Source: Paraspadella gotoi (taxonomy: Eukaryota; Animalia; Chaetognatha). Taken from it: 64,000 nucleotides of DNA. Each line of letters starts with the position of its first letter. The first letter of the stretch is position 1. The DNA lies in contig CM119265.1 in NCBI GenBank assembly GCA_051294375.1, forward strand, positions 13,508,124-13,572,123, given 5' to 3'. Made by a program: the position numbers and the translations under genes. Shown one piece after another: positions 57,231 to 64,000 of this stretch. The notes beneath the pieces were generated by a model that was given only the letters and a program-made list of their open reading frames with translations, was not told where the DNA came from and did no database searches.

Positions 57231-58059
57231 CGCTGGCGTTACGCCGATGACAAAAGATTCAACAGGGATGCCGCCGCTGCGGTTTCCGCTGCCGCTGCTG
57301 TTGCTTTCCGAGAGGCTGCTGTTGAAGGGACAACAACAGTCGCAACCGCTAACGAGGACATCGTGTCGTCAAAACAACCACGACCTCAAGTCCAAGAATG
57401 CTCGAAAAAAAAAAGAAAAAAAAGAAGGAAACGAAAAGGGAAAGAATTCAATGAAAAAAAAGGGGGAAAAAAAATATATTGACTATGACTACAGGGCAGT
57501 GATTCAAAACTTATAAAATCCGTATCACTTTATCTTTTTATATTTTGTGACGCATCGGGTGCACTTAATAAAAAAAAATTTAATTGAAGATACTTAACTG
57601 AATGACTGACTATGATTGGTTTTTGACCATTTCATTAGTTAGAAAAGTTGATGACGTTTGTGTTCTTTTATAACAAATTGATAACAACTGGTGCGCTTGT
57701 CTCGCAGGAGATTTTTTGGCAACGTTTTCCTCCCTCTTTGATACTTCACTCATAAGCGGTAAAAAGCTGATTATTTTATTAGTTGCTTAAATATTTCATT
57801 AGTTCCTATTTGTAATCCATGTAATTACATTTAAAACTAATCGTTTCATCTTTCGGACCGCGACATCTCGGGCGTATACCACTGTTTTCCTGCCCAGAAG
57901 CCGTAATCGTAATCGACGTCCCATGACTTGTTTAAGGATAGCTATTTTGATTTAAAATTACTTTTCCTAGAATTACTGAACGTCAAACTTCACACTCCAT
58001 ACTTCTCTTTCTTTTCTCCACTTTCATCCGGTTATTCTTTCCTCCATTTTATTTCTCTC

Positions 58060-58292
58060 TCTTTTTTCCTTCTCTTTCCTTCGCCTTCCCTCTCCATCTT
58101 GCACTCTCTTTCCCACACCATCCCTCTCCATCTTGCATTCTCTTTCCCACTCTCTCTTTCCTTCGCCTTCCCTCTCCATCTTGCATTCTCTTTCCCACTC
58201 TCTCTTTCCTTCGCCTTCCCTCTCCATCTAGCACTCTCTTTCCCACTCTCTCTTTCCCACGCCTTCCCTCTCCGTCTTGCACTCTCTTTCTT
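58060..58292. repeat. Roughly 48 bp pyrimidine-rich minisatellite, about 4-5 copies
   Basis: Unit CTTCGCCTTCCCTCTCCATCTTGCATTCTCTTTCCCACTCTCTCTTTC. Confidence 0.9.
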
Positions 58293-60475
58293 CCAGTCGT
58301 CTCATTCTTCCACTCTCACGCCTCCACTAACCAACATTCTCTTTTTTTCGTAGTTTCGGAAGAAAGCGACCTCCACCCACTCATCCAACCGCAGCAGCCT
58401 CGCGGCAAACAACAGCAGGAGCCGCTTCCCCGTCTCTGCCCGGTGAAACCAACTAAAACAACCGGATGCAGCCGCCGCCGCCGCCGCGAACGCGGAAGAC
58501 GACCTCGACGCTGCCAACTCTGGATCCCAAGAAAACAAATCTTTGTAGTATTCGTTTGGCCAAGATTCGGAGTTTAAATTTTAATAGTGTTTTTTTTATA
58601 TTTTGGTGAATGTTAAGATGAAGGAAGAAGTCTACGAAACATTGTCATTTTTTTTTAATGAATGAAATTAAAATATTTTATTTGACTTTATTGTCTCAAG
58701 ATAAATTTCAAAAGACTTTAAAAATATGCTCTGAATCAAAAAAAATTTTATCATTTTTTTAAAAAAAATATACTGAAACGATACGAAGCTCTCGGGATTT
58801 GATATTTACGAGATGACGAAATGGCAGCGCATTACTTTATATAAGAAAATATTGGTAAAATAGTACAGCAGATCAACATTTTTTTATTTTTTGACTTAAT
58901 TGGTTATTTCAAAAATTCCAGTAATATAATTTTATCAAGGTTCATAAAAGGACGGTCGGACGGACGGACCCACATTGAATCTCGTTCAAGCGACGACAAA
59001 TTTCGATGAAAGAAAAAACGAAAAGATGAATTAATGCGAAGAGAATTCGAAATGAGAAGGTTGGGGCAAAGACGGGCAGCGAAGAGATGGAAAAGTGGAC
59101 AGGGGAAAAAGAAAAGGCTGAGACGAAGGAGACAAATAAGGGAAGAAGAGGGTTTGTGTGTGGGAGCGATGAAAATAAGAGTCGGACTTCGAAGGGAATT
59201 AGACTGGGAGGCAAAGAAAGAGGCTTTAGAAAGGGAAGGGGTTTAAATCTTATCACATCTTAGTACCTCTGTATTGTAAGTTTCATAAAAATTATATTGT
59301 TTTATATTGCTTTTGGCGAATATTAATGATTGAGACCAAGCCATCTTATCCTGTGATATAAACTCTATATCCTAAACTATCAACAAAATATCTAGAAATA
59401 TCTAGAACAAGAAAAATAGAAAAACCTTGTGATAGAATGAAAAAAAAGAATACAATGAAAAAAAGAAAAAAATAGTTAAAGAATTACGAAAAGAGAACGA
59501 GAACAAGAAAAGAGAAAATAAAAAATCTTCCGAAAAAAAAGACAGATAAAAAAAAGAAAGAAATTGGGAAATTGTCAGTCGAGTCGCGGTCCCTGGCCCT
59601 GCCTTCTTTCCGCTTCAAAAATCCCCGAGATTACTGCCCCGCTTCTCGGTGACTCGGGGAAGGCCGAAGGAAAAAAAAAGGGCAGCGCCGTCGTCGTGAA
59701 AAACCCGATGGTGAATCCAAAGGAATCACAGACAATTCCCCGAAGCGATCACAATGAAAGTCTTTTCTTGGGTCTAAGTCCGCAGACGAGCGAGCGCGAG
59801 GGATGACAATTAACGAATGAGCCTATTTCAACGATGGTCAAAATAGATTTTTTTTATTTCGCCAATTTTCTTCGTCGTTGTTTGTTGAAAGTAAAAAATG
59901 AATGAAGGACGTTGGAAAAAACCTCGAGGGGCAGAGAAGGAAAAAACGATTGAATTTGGTCGACAATGTCTTGTTATATATCAGACTAAACGATAGTATT
60001 ATTTATATGTAATTAGACTTATGATTTAATATTTTTCTTCAAATCAAATAAGTAGCGGCTTAATTATAATTACTAAACTAACGCCAACTAATCGTGAATT
60101 TTTTTAATCGAGTTTTTTCTCTTTTTTAAAAAATGAAAATTCAGGTGGCGCTTTATGTTACAACGCCGCAGGTTCGTTCCCCACCAAAACAAAAAAAAAT
60201 AAAGTTTCATAAGTTCATTTAAGCTAACGTAATGAGCGGTAAACGAACTCAGGCTGAGCACGAGACTTTTCATCGTTTTTTAACGTCATGCTGAGCCATT
60301 CAATTTGTGGGAAAGTGCGGGAGAAAAGCAATTTTGAGGGAGAAAAATATTGGGGCAAAAAAAAAGAAAGGAAGAAGGTGACAGAAGAAAAAATTAGACA
60401 AAAGGGAAAGAAAGGAGACAGGAAATAAAAAAAGATGGAAAGAAGAAAGAACGAGAACGAAAAAGAGAGAAAGAG

Positions 60476-60592
<117 letters not shown>

Positions 60593-61553
60593 AAAAGAAA
60601 GAAAAAAAGAAAGAAAAAAAGAAAGAGAGAAAAAAAGAAAGAAAGAAAAATTTTTAAAAAAGAACGAAAAGAGAAAAAAGCCCATTCTAGATCATTATTT
60701 TCTCTCTCATTCTTCTGCTTCTCAACGAATAATTTTATTTTCCTTTTGTATTTGATCTTTTTTTTTAGCGTATAACTGAATAATTCAGGCGAGAGAAATT
60801 ACATCCGACAGTATGTAAATTCAGAGCGCTGCATTATGGTTACTTAGAGATGTATTAGAAATAATATGATTTTATATTTAAGCTTTTGGTTTCCTCAGTT
60901 CTATGATTGCACTTGATCTGAAATTAATCGTCCGATAGGACATGTCAATTGCATATTATACTTGGTATGAAATATGTAAAGTTAATGCACTAAAATGGGC
61001 CATAGCTGTTTCTTGACGACTTCAACTTATTTTTAATGTTTTCTAGATTTATTTTTTATTTACTGGTGATTTATGTATCTTCACAACGTTCCCTGGGGTT
61101 CAGTGAACATGAAAATCGAAAAATCGAGAAAAACGCAATAAAATGAGACGGGGATAAACAAGGAAAGCTCTCTCTCTTTTTTCTTTGCAAGGCCAGACTC
61201 AATAGGACAGTTTTTGGTCGGTCTGGTTTTCTTTAACTTTTTAAAGACTAGAACTATGTTTAAGTACTAAATATACTATGAAAATAGTATCGGATGTACC
61301 GAAGGTACAATCATAAAAAAAAAATAAATATATGATCGAATAAAAGAAGAAGATGAGCCACCAAAGATTTATAGGGATTAGAGAAAGAAAAAGTATATCT
61401 TTCTTTAATAAACTTCTTTAGTATATACGCACAGTTCACAGAACATACTCAAGAAAGGGAAAAATGAAACAACATGAGTCAAATCTGATAGCAATCTCTA
61501 GGAAATTCTCACCCCTCAACTCTCTCTCTCTCTCTCTCTCTCCTTTCTTTCCT

Positions 61554-61588
<35 letters not shown>

Positions 61589-62882
61589 CTTTCTTTTCTC
61601 CTCCGTTTCTTCATCCTCTTCTTTTCCGCAGTGGGGCCTCCTCGGTAATATTATCAGTCTATTCGCTCCCCACTGGTGTACCTTTCTGCTTTTTCCTGTC
61701 TTCCTCTCGCACCTTGTTACGCCACCTGCGGGGCTCTGTCCTTTTCTCGGTATTCTGCTGTTCCCGTGTGCCGTGTGCCTCGGCTTCGGCGTCCGTCTCC
61801 TCATGCGCCCTCCGGCCCGTGCCACGACGTTGCCGTCTTCTCCCTCTCGTGCGCTCATCTTTCTCTCACTCGGTCCTCCTCTCTCTCTCTTCCTCCTCCT
61901 TTTCCGACAGTATCTCGCCTCTTCAATATCAATCTCTTTTTTTTTCACTTAACAAAGCGTGACGTAGCCCCGGGGTTTGCTGTCCATAGACGTCGCATGA
62001 CAAATGCTGTTTAAAGATTAATATAATGACATAAAAACCCTATTTGAAGGCTAATTTGCCGTATATTCAATAACGATTTCAGAGCTTGCCACGGGATCGA
62101 GCCCCGATAAAAACCAAACAAATTCAAGCCAAACCAACCTATCTCCTGTCGGCCATATCAACATTCACAATTTTCACCACGAAACAAGAAGGGAGAAACA
62201 AAAAGTGAAATTAACCCAATCGTGGAAAAGGCGGCAACTCTCTCTATCGGGGTTGCTCCATCAATTCGCTCGATAATAATTAATTCCCATCTTATTTATT
62301 GTCATCGGCTATTCATAAGGCGCAAAGAAGGCGGAAGACTACAATTCGTAACTTCTTTAGCCACCTCGCTTGCGATGGAACGGTTGCTTCGCTTGGCCCA
62401 CAAAGAGGTTTACGGCCTTTGAATTTTCTTCTCAAGTTCAATTCAACCTGTGTGGTTCGGAAAATGACTCCGAGTTAAAACTAAGAGCCTTCTCCTCTTA
62501 TTGGTATCGGCGCACGAGCTTAGCGAGAGTCAGCATAAATTCTATACTCGCCATTTATTTTTATGAGTCTCGAAAACTATTTTTCTTCACAATTCACAAA
62601 CTTTTTGAATTAAAACAAAGAGGCAATAATAAAAAGATTAAAAAAAATAATGATGTGACGAACCATTCCGACGATGAGTAAGAAGATAATGATGTCTTCA
62701 TCTAAATTTATTTTTTTCGACCAGAAAAAAAAAAGAATCCGAAACGAGATTCGAATAAAAACCATGAATTTTCACATCGGGGCGTCATGGTTCAAAACCA
62801 TTTCTCACGTTCGTGGCTGTGGCTCTTTCTTTCTCTCTCTCTTTCTTTATTTTTCTTCATATCTCTTTCGTCCCCCTTCTTT

Positions 62883-62971
<89 letters not shown>

Positions 62972-64000
62972 CTCTCTCTTCTCTTATACAAAATACATAT
63001 ATCTTGAAAGTAAGACGACATGGGCCTCGACGGGGCGTGGCGCGCCCATGAATTCCTCAGGATTTTCATAACTTGTTTCCACGATTCATCTCCGTCTCCC
63101 GGACGAGGTTTGGATGTTAGCCTTTTTCTTTCCTTCATCTATCGCTCCCCACTGTCCGACCCCCCTCTCTCTCGGACAAGCTTAGGGATATCTCGCCCTT
63201 GGATGAAAGAGATGGAGAATTTGGGGCGTAGGGGGATGCAGGCAGTGTTGGGGGTGCTAAAGGTATTTGGATGCTAAACTGGGGAGTGTCTTAAAGTCGG
63301 CATTACCGAAAAAAAAAGAAAAGCGGCACACTGTGGAATCGGAATTGTCTAGAGGCGTCAGGAGCCAATAGTAAAATCACTGGAAAGGCTCTATCGGGCT
63401 TCTCTCGTCGCCAAATTGTCGAGCCATAATGTCGAGTCCCCCCAAGACCTTTGGCGGGAATCGTGCTGAAGATGGCGCGGCGTGGCCTCGGCTACGTTGA
63501 CAAAAATCACCGTCGAGCGCGCGGAGTTGTCGTCCCTCGCCGAGCGGAGCGAAGATCCGGCCGAATTCCATGGGGCGATAAGTTATTCCCCCCAGAAAAG
63601 AGGATTCGATGCGTCCTGAATCCAGAAATCGTGGCCACCGTAGGCGAGGTCATGGGGTCACCCCATAGCGGTTGAGTGGAATAGTGAGACGTTCCGCGCA
63701 AAAATGAAAAAAAAAACCGGGGAAGGCTGGCCGGAAGGGAGAAACGAATCCCTGGGGGTATAATCGGGATAAAGAGATCTAGAGTCGGAAGCGGGGGGTG
63801 GGGGAGAGAGAGAGAGATAGTGTCGTGGGAGAAAAGTCCCAACTGAGGGCGCTGAATGATATATATTCCAATTGTATTCCGTATTAGAGAAGGGTGAGGA
63901 GGGTTTGGCAGGCGAGGGATCATCGTGTAGTGGGCTTGGCACCGAGGAAATGTTTTGGGCGGAAAAAAGGGAGGCCGGGCGATATTTCTGAGCCTTTGAA

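Noticed and set aside
61464-63940. Hydrophobic ORF at 61630-61950 and GC-rich blocks at 63370-63700 as genes
   Set aside because: Low-complexity or noisy sequence with no consistent splice chain or recognisable motif, so no call can be supported.

Overview
Eukaryotic (invertebrate animal-like) draft genomic DNA. It has compact multi-exon genes with short AT-rich introns, abundant (GA)n/(ATC)n microsatellites, many N gaps and stretches of noisy, long-read-like sequence. Hand splicing gives, in order: (1) a matrix metalloproteinase (minus, 1-3751, runs off the window); (2) a divergent nAChR-like Cys-loop subunit (plus, 8108-12149); (3) an orphan single-pass membrane protein with tandem RRxS repeats (minus, 12851-14235); (4) a myristoylated 4-EF-hand protein (plus, 16730-17581); (5) a Cys-less 'Pro-loop' pentameric ligand-gated channel (minus, 21881-24575, probably extending to about 25720); (6) an SLC23/NAT transporter (plus, 25762 to about 27700); (7) a Ser-rich orphan (minus, about 28310-29133); (8) an orphan multi-exon gene inside a roughly 7.4 kb duplicated block (33.2-50 kb, probably partly an assembly artefact); (9) a two-TM NPF-motif protein (minus, about 51259-52453). 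The most striking signal is the Cys-less pLGIC. It has no signal peptide, no Cys-loop disulfide, no sequons in its ligand-binding domain, a sequon in an acidic M3-M4 loop and a polybasic post-M4 tail. Together these suggest an inverted topology with the ligand-binding domain facing the cytosol. All gene models are manual and unverified by transcript data.
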